The notes under the pieces: model-generated
Told to the model about the DNA's origin: nothing
What the model saw: the letters and a program-made list of their open reading frames with translations, nothing else
The model's database searches: none
Shown here: piece after piece, positions 1 through 9,055 of the stretch
How the letters are laid out: every line of letters begins with the position of its first letter
How positions within the stretch are numbered: position 1 is the first letter of the stretch
From: Candidatus Hodarchaeota archaeon
GTDB taxonomy: Archaea > Asgardarchaeota > Lokiarchaeia > Sigyniarchaeales > SOKP01
Assembly: GCA_048886685.1 (NCBI GenBank)
Contig: JBHLKM010000020.1
Location: 11,301-75,300 of the forward strand
Direction of reading: 5' to 3'
DNA length: 64,000 nt
Program-made: the position numbers and the translations under genes

Positions 1-127
1 CTGTTATATGAGCATAAAAAATTCTCATCATATCATCCAAATCAATTTCAAGATTTTCTGGATAACTTAGTTTAACAATCAATCCTTGATCCTCTGTCCA
101 TTCAGTTATAATAAAACCGTGTGCCAT
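1..127 (-). CDS. Longin/uDENN-like domain protein (partial, runs off window start)
   Basis: Hand translation from ATG at 127: MAHGFIITEWTEDQGLIVKLSYPENLEIDLDDMMRIFYAHIT. Matches the cytoplasmic domain of the two giant proteins (GLVLMKWDERIGTEIKVKYPSEINISEKSLMQIYSTH). The ATG directly abuts the stop of 128..2365. Confidence 0.75.
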   Translation of the reverse strand, partial: MAHGFIITEWTEDQGLIVKLSYPENLEIDLDDMMRIFYAHIT

Positions 128-2365
128 TTAAATTTCCTCCTCATTTTTAATTTTAGCTTTCTCAATTTTTTCAGCATCCTTTAGCTGGATGTATTCTAAA
201 TCTAAATCTTTTATTTGGTTTTCTCTATTATCTTTAATTAACTGCTCTCGAGAGTTTACTAAGATCTGTTTAGTCTTTTTGGTTTTCCGAACTTTTTTCT
301 TTAATTTTCTTATTTTTCTAACCAATGGGGGGTATTTAAAGTGCGTTTGATATAGAGTAAATATAAGAACTAAACCTAAGATTGCACCAATTAACAGATA
401 TATTAACCAACCTAAATCAGGTTGAGTTCCAGGTACATAGGCTCCTACATTTAAAGTTATTTCAAAATCCTCAAATTCATAATCTTCACCTACAAATCCT
501 GATACCGTTATTGTATAGAGACCTTCTGGCGGATTTTCTATTATTCCTTCATATACTCCATTGGTTTCAGTTAAAACCCTAGGAATAGGATCTCTATCCC
601 AAGTGTATGTAACAATAGCTCCCTTTATTAATTCATCATTATCAGTATCATTTAATATAATCTCTAATTGAGCATTATCTCCCACATCAATATTAATGGT
701 GGATTCTCCAGAGACAGTAGTGATCTCTGTATTTATTTTTCTTACCGTAATAGTTGGATTGATAAGTTTAGTTTGATAATTTGTTTTTGTAGCTTCAATA
801 TTCAAATAATTATCTCCCATACTCAGTTGTTGAGTTACATTGATTGTAATTGAATAATTATCCTCAAATTCTTCCAAACTTTCTAGAATTCCCACTCCAG
901 TTAATTGAATCACTGCTCCGGGTATATGAAAACCTGTTTGATTTGTATATTTTGCAGTTATAGTTAGATTTTGGCCAATAGGAACAGTAATAGAAGTCCT
1001 GTTTTCACCATTTAAAAATAATTGTAAAGCAGTTTGATAATCAGCAAATTCTATGGTATAAGAGATATTAAGATAAACTTCATCTATTGAAATTTTAATA
1101 GTACGATTTAATTTGAAATCATCAGCTATATATAATTGAATTGAAAGATTAATATTTTTATCTTCTTCTATTAAATATGTAATATCAAAACCTCCAGATT
1201 TAGCCTCTTGATAGAATGTATTGGCTTTTTCTAATAAATTAATGGATTCTGAGTGTTTAATACCATTAATAAAAATTTGTATTTCAGAATTTGGACTTAA
1301 ATTTGTCCAAGTATCATTAGTTTTATATTTAAAATTGAGAATTGCTTCATCTACAATGGTAATATTGCTAATTTCATTAATATCATTAGGTTTTGCTGTA
1401 TCCTGATTCCAAGAAATTGAAGTAAGTTGATCAATCTTTTTCTCATAAGTAAATGTTAGATTTATATAGTTGATCACTAGAGATTCCCAAAAATCATCAT
1501 CACTGTTCCAGTTATCTTCACACCAAATTCTTATTCCTAGTGTTACTGTGAAATTATAATTGTCATTATTTAAAACTGAAGTAAGAAAAAAAATTAGGCT
1601 TTCTTTTGGAACTATGAGCATGTCGGTATCATATAAATAGTCCATATCACCAGCCGAATCGTTTCCTAAACTAGTGGTTTGATAATAACCAATTTCATAT
1701 ATTTTATTCTTCTCTAAATCAGAAATCATGACGTAATATCTTACATAATCATAAGTTGCATATTGGGTTCCACCTTCCACATCATCATCAACAGCTTCTA
1801 CTCCTTCGGAAGCTCCATCATCTGCTTTTACCGTTCCATTAACTACAGCCCTTAAAGAAGCGGAAGTTATAATATAATCTGACATATTAACTGGCATTGT
1901 AATATTTTGATCCCAGTGAACACTTGGAGATTGATCAGCACCTTCACTCCAATGGTGATAAACTTCGCATCCTTTTTCATTGATTCCATATGTATCAGGA
2001 AAGAATGGAAAAGCTGGATTTTCAACATCAGTCCAATTTGCATCCAAGGGAGGATCTGCTACTAATGAAAATGTTTGTTTGTCTCCAAACACTTCAAAAT
2101 TTGCCTCACCTCCACTAATTTCTGCATCTACATCATCTGGATCTCCTAATTCTCCTTTATGTGATGTCCAATTCTCTGTAGATGAAAAGGAAGGATTTGC
2201 CATCCATGGCTTAAGATAAGATTCTTGTGCTGAGGTTTTAATTTGTTTTGAATTAATCAGATCTTTAGAATTATTTTCTAGGTTTAAGGAATAGAAACTT
2301 AAAAATCCAGAAAAAATAATACATATTAATATCATATAACTAGTTATCTTCTTATTTTTAATCAT
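128..2365 (-). CDS. Membrane-anchored cell-surface protein (N-terminal signal/TM, acidic beta-rich ectodomain, C-terminal TM and basic tail)
   Basis: 745-aa ORF with hydrophobic N-terminus, many N-x-S/T sequons and Ig-like segments. TM LGWLIYLLIGAILGLVLIFTLY is followed by KYPPLVRKIRKLKKKV. Confidence 0.8.
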   Translation of the reverse strand: MIKNKKITSYMILICIIFSGFLSFYSLNLENNSKDLINSKQIKTSAQESYLKPWMANPSFSSTENWTSHKGELGDPDDVDAEISGGEANFEVFGDKQTFSLVADPPLDANWTDVENPAFPFFPDTYGINEKGCEVYHHWSEGADQSPSVHWDQNITMPVNMSDYIITSASLRAVVNGTVKADDGASEGVEAVDDDVEGGTQYATYDYVRYYVMISDLEKNKIYEIGYYQTTSLGNDSAGDMDYLYDTDMLIVPKESLIFFLTSVLNNDNYNFTVTLGIRIWCEDNWNSDDDFWESLVINYINLTFTYEKKIDQLTSISWNQDTAKPNDINEISNITIVDEAILNFKYKTNDTWTNLSPNSEIQIFINGIKHSESINLLEKANTFYQEAKSGGFDITYLIEEDKNINLSIQLYIADDFKLNRTIKISIDEVYLNISYTIEFADYQTALQLFLNGENRTSITVPIGQNLTITAKYTNQTGFHIPGAVIQLTGVGILESLEEFEDNYSITINVTQQLSMGDNYLNIEATKTNYQTKLINPTITVRKINTEITTVSGESTINIDVGDNAQLEIILNDTDNDELIKGAIVTYTWDRDPIPRVLTETNGVYEGIIENPPEGLYTITVSGFVGEDYEFEDFEITLNVGAYVPGTQPDLGWLIYLLIGAILGLVLIFTLYQTHFKYPPLVRKIRKLKKKVRKTKKTKQILVNSREQLIKDNRENQIKDLDLEYIQLKDAEKIEKAKIKNEEEI

Positions 2366-2574
2366 TTTTAATCATCGACAGGATAAATTTAATCTAATAG
2401 ATTTCTGTGTATTTCTTATCACTTCTAAATAATTCAAATAAGAAATAAAACAGAGTTAGGATTATAATGAAAATATAATGTATAAAAATCTTTTTTTGTT
2501 TTTTATTGAGTATTTAAATTTTAATTAAATTGAAATTTTAAATATTTAAGTGATATCCCATGCAGATAACTGTG

Positions 2575-3396
2575 CTAGATGGGACTTTTTACAAATCCAC
2601 CATCAACTTGTATTACTGTTCCGGTGATATAACTAGCCTTAGCAGAAGCTAGAAAGACTACTACATTTGCTAACTCCTCAGGTTTTCCTAACCGACCTAA
2701 GGGTATTGTGTCTATCCAAGTTTTTTCTGCTTCATTAAAAGATTTTCCTGTGTCTTGCGCTGTTTTATTGATTAATTCTTTCATCCTGTCTGTAAGTGTT
2801 GGTCCAGGGCAAACCACATTCACTAATATATTATCTTTAGCATACACATTTGCGAGAGTCTTAGCAAAACCCACTACACCTAAACGAGTAGTATTTGATA
2901 AAACTAAATTATCTAATGGTTGTTTCACTGAAACTGAAGTAATTGCGATTATTTTTCCATAATGTTGCTGTCTCATAATTGGAACAACTAAATCAGTTAT
3001 TTTAATGAAAGAAAGTAGGTTCAAATCTATTGAGTTTGCCCAATCTTCTTTTTTTATTTTTTCTAGGGGGGCAGATGGTGGACCTCCAGCATTATGAATT
3101 AAGATATCTATTCTACCAAATTCATTTAAAGTCTTTTCTACTAGACTTTTTATCTGGTCTTCATGCATCAAATCGGTTACGATAGGTACAACCCTCGCTT
3201 TTTTGTTGATTGAATTAATATCTTCTATATTTTCCTTAGCCTTCTTTAAATTTGCAACAGAGCGACTGCAAATAACAATATTTGCTCCTTCTTCATAAAG
3301 CCCTTTAGCGCAAGCTAATCCTAAACCTTTACTCGACGCTAAGACTAATGCAACCTTGCCCTTTAAGCCCATATCCATTTTTTTTTCCCACACCAT
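2575..3396 (-). CDS. Short-chain dehydrogenase/reductase (3-oxoacyl-ACP reductase-like)
   Basis: ASSKGLG nucleotide-binding motif, HNAGGP, VNVVCPG, YITG..IQVDGG. The catalytic YxxxK position reads SNTTR, as in an atypical SDR subgroup. Confidence 0.9.
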   Translation of the reverse strand: MVWEKKMDMGLKGKVALVLASSKGLGLACAKGLYEEGANIVICSRSVANLKKAKENIEDINSINKKARVVPIVTDLMHEDQIKSLVEKTLNEFGRIDILIHNAGGPPSAPLEKIKKEDWANSIDLNLLSFIKITDLVVPIMRQQHYGKIIAITSVSVKQPLDNLVLSNTTRLGVVGFAKTLANVYAKDNILVNVVCPGPTLTDRMKELINKTAQDTGKSFNEAEKTWIDTIPLGRLGKPEELANVVVFLASAKASYITGTVIQVDGGFVKSPI

Positions 3397-3405
3397 AAAT
3401 AATAA

Positions 3406-3573
3406 TTAAGAATGCGAATCAAAATCCATAAACCTGGAACATTTATGATAAAAAAGATTACATCTAGCACTAGTCTCGGAACTCTCACAATATTTTGAGT
3501 AAGGACACTTATTATCTTGGGGGTCCATTTTTATCATTAATCTATGTAATCTCTTTTCTATTTCCTTCCGCAT
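3406..3573 (-). CDS. Small Cys4 protein (55 aa), not in the ORF track
   Basis: Hand translation: MRKEIEKRLHRLMIKMDPQDNKCPYSKYCESSETSARCNLFYHKCSRFMDFDSHS*. C-x5-C-x8-C-x6-C; stop lies 9 nt before the SDR start on the same strand. Confidence 0.6.
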   Translation of the reverse strand: MRKEIEKRLHRLMIKMDPQDNKCPYSKYCESSETSARCNLFYHKCSRFMDFDSHS

Positions 3574-3773
3574 TTTTTTTTTTCCATAAAAAATGTTTAA
3601 AATTCAATACGTAAATTCTAAAAATTACGCTTAAAAATATTTTTTCCTAAATTTCCTATGAAAGATATTAAAAAGATAATTTTATAAATTCAAATGATTA
3701 TAATAGTTTTAAAGATTGAATATTATTATATTAAATATCAAATTTCTAAAATTAATTAAAAAGGTGTATCGCA

Positions 3774-4229
3774 ATTAGTATTGACACCAAAAGCTTCGAT
3801 AATATTCTAAGTAAGATTATAAAAAGTGAAAGTGGTATTAAAAAAGTTATTTTAGTTGATAGAACTGGACTTACTATCGCAAGTGTTTCAAAATTTTCCT
3901 ATTTCCCTGCTGATGTTGATGGGATAGGTGCTATCGCTTCGGCGGTGTTCTGTGCTTCAGAAGAACAAGGTAAGAATCTTGAACTTGGAAACCTCGAAAT
4001 TGTAACTTCAGAATTTAGCGGAGGTAAGATTTTTGCCTCATCCTGTGGCCCTAAGGGTGTACTTACATTAATCTCAGATCCTGACATCAATATCGGTCTA
4101 ATCAGACTTATTCTAAAAAGATCTGGAGATGAATTAAAAGAGATACTTGATGAGTTCCTATCTGAGACCATGGAAGTTATGGATAGTGGCTTAGATTTAT
4201 CGGATCTTGATCAGCTTACACCTGATTAA
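3774..4229 (+). CDS. Roadblock/LC7 (MglB/LAMTOR-like) domain protein, probable ATT start
   Basis: The frame of ORF 3945..4229 stays open upstream to TAA at 3753 and encodes ISIDTKSFDNILSKIIKSESGIKKVILVDRTGLTIAS...GIGAIASAVF, the roadblock N-terminal half. No in-frame ATG/GTG/TTG before 3945. AAGGTG at 3761-3766 lies 7 nt before ATT 3774. Confidence 0.85.
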   Translation: MSIDTKSFDNILSKIIKSESGIKKVILVDRTGLTIASVSKFSYFPADVDGIGAIASAVFCASEEQGKNLELGNLEIVTSEFSGGKIFASSCGPKGVLTLISDPDINIGLIRLILKRSGDELKEILDEFLSETMEVMDSGLDLSDLDQLTPD

Positions 4230-4369
4230 AAAAAGAAACCTTTATTATCCCTTTTTACTACCTTACACCCTTAATAATAGATAAAAGCAGATTTCTTAAG
4301 ATGTTTAGCCCTTTTATTATAATTAAAGCTAAAAAGAGAAAAAATTGAAAAAAAAGAAAATTATTTTAA

Positions 4370-6205
4370 TTAAGATTTTCGTTTTCTAACGAAGAAAGTT
4401 AAGGCTATTATTCCGATTAGTGCACTTTCTACAAGAACAATAATCAATAAAATAGTACTCAAATCCAATGCTAAACCACCTGGGGCAGAACATCTGTTAT
4501 TTACAAATAAATTACCAGCGCTTCCTGTTTCATTGTAGCAGTCGTCATTCCCTACGAATAAGTTATTCGTTATTATATTATTATTACTTGTATCTAAAAA
4601 TGTCCCGTTTTTATTATTATTCGCTGTATTAGATAAAATCGAATTAGCGTCGCTATTGAGTAAATGAATTCCATTCATTTCATTGTTGCTAGCAGTATTA
4701 TCCATTATTGTATTGCTATCACTCCCTTCAATTGCTATCCCATGTTCTAGATTAGACTTTGCGATATTATCCACTAATAAATTATAGTTACTTGACGAAA
4801 GTAAATGAATTCCGCTCAAATTATTAAATTGACCAATACTAGACCTTAGAATATTATTAGTGCTACTCGATAAAAACCTTATCCCATCTAATCCATTATG
4901 GTGAGCATTGTTGTCTTCAATAAGGCAATTAACTGAACTAAATAATCTAATTCCGTTTTCACGATTTTCATAAACAATATTATCGGTGCAGGAGATATTA
5001 TCTGCACTATTTATCCGTATACCATTCCCTGTGTTATTATAAGCCGTATTTTTGTGTACTATTGAATCTTGACATGATGTCAAAAAAATTCCCTCATCTC
5101 CATTATGATTCGCGCTGTTTTCAGAAACCTCGTTATTTGCAATACCTGTTAAATAGATGCCATCATCTTGATTATTATTAGCTGTATTTTTTGAAATTGT
5201 ATTAAATTCTGAGACTGACATGAGATGGATTCCAAAGTAGTTGTCATTTACCGTATTAGACCTAATTAGAGTATGAGTGCTTTGTTCTAATCTAATTCCA
5301 TCATTAATACTCTCAGTGATATCATTTCCAGAAATTTTACACCAATAACTCTGAGAAATCCGAATGCCATGATTATCAGAAGTAGAAATGGTATTACCTA
5401 ATATTTGTGTATTATTGGACATTTCATTGTTAATCCCTATATTAGTGCTATTGATGATCGTATTAGAACTGATTGTAACGGCATTACAATCATTAAGGTA
5501 TATCCCATCAGTAACGCTTACTATTACATCATTATCTTCAATAAGAACATCCTCAGAATTATCAAGGTTAATTCCATAAGCCAAATTGTCATTAATCATA
5601 TTTGAATCTACATGTATATTATCTGAATCAGCTAAATTTATACCAGTTACGCTTCCTGAACAATTATTGTCCCTTAGAGTTATATGACTACAGTTATCAA
5701 CAAGTATATTTATAAATATATTCCATGGCAATTGGTTCTCTTTAATTAAACCATTTGTAGTATTATAGAGTAAAATTCCAGCACTAAAACCTGTTATTAG
5801 GAAATCACAATTAAGAACTCGAAAATATTTTCTAGAGTTAGAAATATTCAAACAATATATACCACTGGTCGTATTGAATAAATGATTTCTTATAATATAA
5901 GGATCTCCAGAAGTCCCAGAACCTGTACAAATACCTGTAGCTTTCGCAGCAGCCCAATTTTTAGCAGGATTGGTCTCATCAATCTCTACCGTGCTGTTAT
6001 AAGTTGCTGATAGCTGTAAATCTTCTATACTCTTTGTTTGATTTGTCACTTTTGAAAATGGTAAATAAGAAAAAATTAATCCCGTATTTAATGTAAAAAG
6101 CACTATTATAACAGAAATTAATATTGCATTTCTCAAATTATTTGATTTCATTTTTTCACGATCTATTTTTTTGATAACAATTTTAAAAAATTGTATGTTA
6201 CTCAA
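4370..6205 (-). CDS. Parallel beta-helix (NosD/pectin-lyase-like) repeat surface protein
   Basis: Many ~22-aa repeats of type GIxL..S.NNxIxxNxxxxN; GSGTSGDPYII motif; N- and C-terminal TM helices with KRKS tail. Confidence 0.88.
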   Translation of the reverse strand: MSNIQFFKIVIKKIDREKMKSNNLRNAILISVIIVLFTLNTGLIFSYLPFSKVTNQTKSIEDLQLSATYNSTVEIDETNPAKNWAAAKATGICTGSGTSGDPYIIRNHLFNTTSGIYCLNISNSRKYFRVLNCDFLITGFSAGILLYNTTNGLIKENQLPWNIFINILVDNCSHITLRDNNCSGSVTGINLADSDNIHVDSNMINDNLAYGINLDNSEDVLIEDNDVIVSVTDGIYLNDCNAVTISSNTIINSTNIGINNEMSNNTQILGNTISTSDNHGIRISQSYWCKISGNDITESINDGIRLEQSTHTLIRSNTVNDNYFGIHLMSVSEFNTISKNTANNNQDDGIYLTGIANNEVSENSANHNGDEGIFLTSCQDSIVHKNTAYNNTGNGIRINSADNISCTDNIVYENRENGIRLFSSVNCLIEDNNAHHNGLDGIRFLSSSTNNILRSSIGQFNNLSGIHLLSSSNYNLLVDNIAKSNLEHGIAIEGSDSNTIMDNTASNNEMNGIHLLNSDANSILSNTANNNKNGTFLDTSNNNIITNNLFVGNDDCYNETGSAGNLFVNNRCSAPGGLALDLSTILLIIVLVESALIGIIALTFFVRKRKS

Positions 6206-6311
6206 GGCAATATGGTCATTTAAATATTATAGAGTGTTTGTTCCCAATTGTCAGAATTGAATGGTATGGTAATATGTTAAAAAATAAAATTAAATTCTTT
6301 ATTACCTGAGA

Positions 6312-7370
6312 TTAAAGGAGTTTATTCTTTTTCACAATTTCTTTATAATGGTCTCTTTCTCTTCTGAGTATTAATAATTCTTTCTTCATTTCAATAAATT
6401 CATCTTTCTTTGTTTCTTCGTCCATACTTTCATAGGAAATTTGTTGCCTAAGGTCGCTCATTTCTGATTTCAAATTAGTAATTGTATCTAAATGAGCCTC
6501 GTTTTCCCGATTTACTTTTAACACTTGAAATTTTAAATTTTTATTAGTCTCGTTTAACTTAGAGGTTTTTTGACTTAAATTTTGATTTTCAGATTTAATC
6601 TTTTTTATTTGTTCAAGTAATTTTTCAGCGCCCTCTTCAATTTCACTTTTATCATTTAAAATGGAGTTTAAGTCAGCAATTTGAGTATCTTTTTGTGTTA
6701 ATTGATTCTTCTGTTGAGTCGTTATTTTATTTAATTCTTTAATTTTTAAGGTTAAACTAGCATTATATTCATTTAATTCGGCCATTTGGGCAGACCAATT
6801 ATCCAATCTCGTGTATAGGCCATTAATTTCATCTTTCAGGGCTTCTACATTCCTTAGGTGATCAGATCTATCAGAAACCAATAAAGAAACTTTATGTGCT
6901 AAATCATCAATCCTTTCTTTTTTGGAAGTTAGATCTTGTGTTAATTCCAATATCTGTTGATAATATGGATCTAATTCCCCTTTTTTTAATAATTCAAAAT
7001 ATTTTACAAATTGTTCATAAAAATCTGGCTCTTGCCGTTTAGGTAATAATTCAAAAGCTATTCGCCTTACTTGGCCCTCAAAAGTATTAGGAAGAGTATC
7101 ATCATCAGAGAGGAAAATTGTTATAGAATGCTCCGGTTTCCCAAGGAAGCTTTTATTGCTATGACCTGTAAAAAAACTTGCCACACTAACATTTCTTTTG
7201 ATTTGCATTTCTAGATAATTAGGACCAGTTTTTACATTCTTATGTTGTTCAAATAGGCTTAGCAATCCTGATGTCGATATTTCCAGATCATCACATATAT
7301 TTTCTGGATACTGAATGTCAACAGTAGGTTCAGAACCTTCACTTAAATTAAGAATCACAATTCCTCTCAA
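6312..7370 (-). CDS. Longin/uDENN-like domain + long coiled coil protein
   Basis: N-terminus shares G-hydrophobic strand, YP, H, SFFTG and LSDDD..P..FEG motifs with the giant proteins' cytoplasmic domain. C-terminal ~200 aa are heptad coiled coil. Confidence 0.7.
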   Translation of the reverse strand: MRGIVILNLSEGSEPTVDIQYPENICDDLEISTSGLLSLFEQHKNVKTGPNYLEMQIKRNVSVASFFTGHSNKSFLGKPEHSITIFLSDDDTLPNTFEGQVRRIAFELLPKRQEPDFYEQFVKYFELLKKGELDPYYQQILELTQDLTSKKERIDDLAHKVSLLVSDRSDHLRNVEALKDEINGLYTRLDNWSAQMAELNEYNASLTLKIKELNKITTQQKNQLTQKDTQIADLNSILNDKSEIEEGAEKLLEQIKKIKSENQNLSQKTSKLNETNKNLKFQVLKVNRENEAHLDTITNLKSEMSDLRQQISYESMDEETKKDEFIEMKKELLILRRERDHYKEIVKKNKLL

Positions 7371-7477
7371 GTCATATCGCCTTAGGGAGAGAATTAATTG
7401 ACTATAATCTTTTTATATCTTTCTATATATTAAATATATTTTTATCAATTTAATAGTTCTGTTGGTAGAATAAGGAT

Positions 7478-9025
7478 TTAGGTATAAATATGTGCAAAAG
7501 TTTCTATTGATTTATTAATATCCATAGATAAGTAATTCTCTTTAAACACCGTAGCAAAAAATGCTCTATCGATAGGATCAAAATACTTATACCCAAACTT
7601 TTTCCATTCCATGTTTGATTGTAATGGTGCAAAAATAGAAATTTGGTCTTTTATTAGATCCATAAGCAAAATGTTTTTCTCTTGTTTTTTTGTATTTGAT
7701 AAAACGGTTAGTAGAACGTCATTTGTAAAAGTCGCCCAAGAATCCTTAAATTGTAAACACAACTTTTTTATATCAATTTTATTATCCACAATCGTTTTGG
7801 CAATAGTATCTATAGCGATTTTATATGTACTTTCTTTATTAGTTTTAAACATGGGATTAGAAATGGTTAAACTTGGTGGATTTTTTAAATCTTTTTGATT
7901 TTGAGGTATACTATATTCCGGTAAGACTTTTAACTGGTTTAATCCGAGGATATTTTTTACATCTTGTATGGTTCCACCAGTGTCGAAAAATTGTTTGTTT
8001 ATAATATACTTCATTAATTTCTGAGAATGAACATCACCAAAATAGGGGTAATCACTGGCATAAAGTAGATACTCGGACCATATTCGGTTATCCACTCTTT
8101 CCTTATTATTATTTTTAAACCATTTTCGGAAACTTTCGAAAAAATTACCCGCTCCAGCACCATGTAACATTGAGAGATCTCCATACGTATTTGGTTGAAC
8201 TATTGCATTGTAAACCTCGTAATCATCAATATTTCCTTGAGCAAAATGAGCTATAATTATTTTAAGATGAGGTAATAAATCAGGATATTGTGTTTTTAAC
8301 ACATTTCTTGTTTGTTCAATCAATTGCGCAATTTGTAATATTGAACCTCTACCTCGTGTGTCAAATATTACGGGCATAGAAAATGATGCTGCTTCTATTA
8401 AGACTTGAATTGCCTTTTGTGAATTAATTTTATCAATCCAACCTTCTGAACGTGGATGCAGTTTTAATCCTCGAAGTCCCAGTTCTTCCCTTGCATATCT
8501 CACTTCATTGACCGCCTTCTCTCCTTCCATAGGATCACAGCGACCATATCCAATCAATTTCATGGAAAAGGGGAATCTGGTAGTAAAACGCGAAACATTA
8601 ATATTGCTTGCTCGATATAGCGCTTCTGGACGCTTATCGCGAAACACATCTTGAAAAGGAAAGCAAACACCTTGGTCAATCATAGAATAAAATTTTGATT
8701 TCTCTTTTAAATCAGAGTGCTTCTTTCCAAGCTTTTCCAAGGCGCTATATAATTTATCTGTAAAGGGAAAAGGGGTAAAAGACCAGGAGATTTTAGTGTT
8801 TTTTCCATCCATGAAGGTGGAAAATGATTGTTCTCCAGTTTTTTCCCAATCTGCCTTAATCCGCCCTTGGAGATTCCCCCAGAAGTCAAAGGTACCTACT
8901 CCTGGAGCTAATGGGTTCATCATTGTTGCTCCGTCTACGTCTTGACCAAGATGTGAGTGAGCATCAATAATAAATATGTGTTCATCCCATTTTTTTCCAT
9001 TTTGCTCTATTGTAGCTGTTAACAT
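7478..9025 (-). CDS. Amidohydrolase family (TIM-barrel metal-dependent hydrolase)
   Basis: IDAHSH, GLKLHP, IIAHF and LLYASDYPY motifs. Confidence 0.88.
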   Translation of the reverse strand: MLTATIEQNGKKWDEHIFIIDAHSHLGQDVDGATMMNPLAPGVGTFDFWGNLQGRIKADWEKTGEQSFSTFMDGKNTKISWSFTPFPFTDKLYSALEKLGKKHSDLKEKSKFYSMIDQGVCFPFQDVFRDKRPEALYRASNINVSRFTTRFPFSMKLIGYGRCDPMEGEKAVNEVRYAREELGLRGLKLHPRSEGWIDKINSQKAIQVLIEAASFSMPVIFDTRGRGSILQIAQLIEQTRNVLKTQYPDLLPHLKIIIAHFAQGNIDDYEVYNAIVQPNTYGDLSMLHGAGAGNFFESFRKWFKNNNKERVDNRIWSEYLLYASDYPYFGDVHSQKLMKYIINKQFFDTGGTIQDVKNILGLNQLKVLPEYSIPQNQKDLKNPPSLTISNPMFKTNKESTYKIAIDTIAKTIVDNKIDIKKLCLQFKDSWATFTNDVLLTVLSNTKKQEKNILLMDLIKDQISIFAPLQSNMEWKKFGYKYFDPIDRAFFATVFKENYLSMDINKSIETFAHIYT

Positions 9026-9055
9026 AAATAATACCCATAATTTTATCTTGTCATT

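Noticed and set aside
3574-3587. Upstream ATG and A-run as a programmed frameshift into the 55-aa ORF
   Set aside because: The ORF has its own ATG at 3573, and homopolymer runs are common in this AT-rich sequence.
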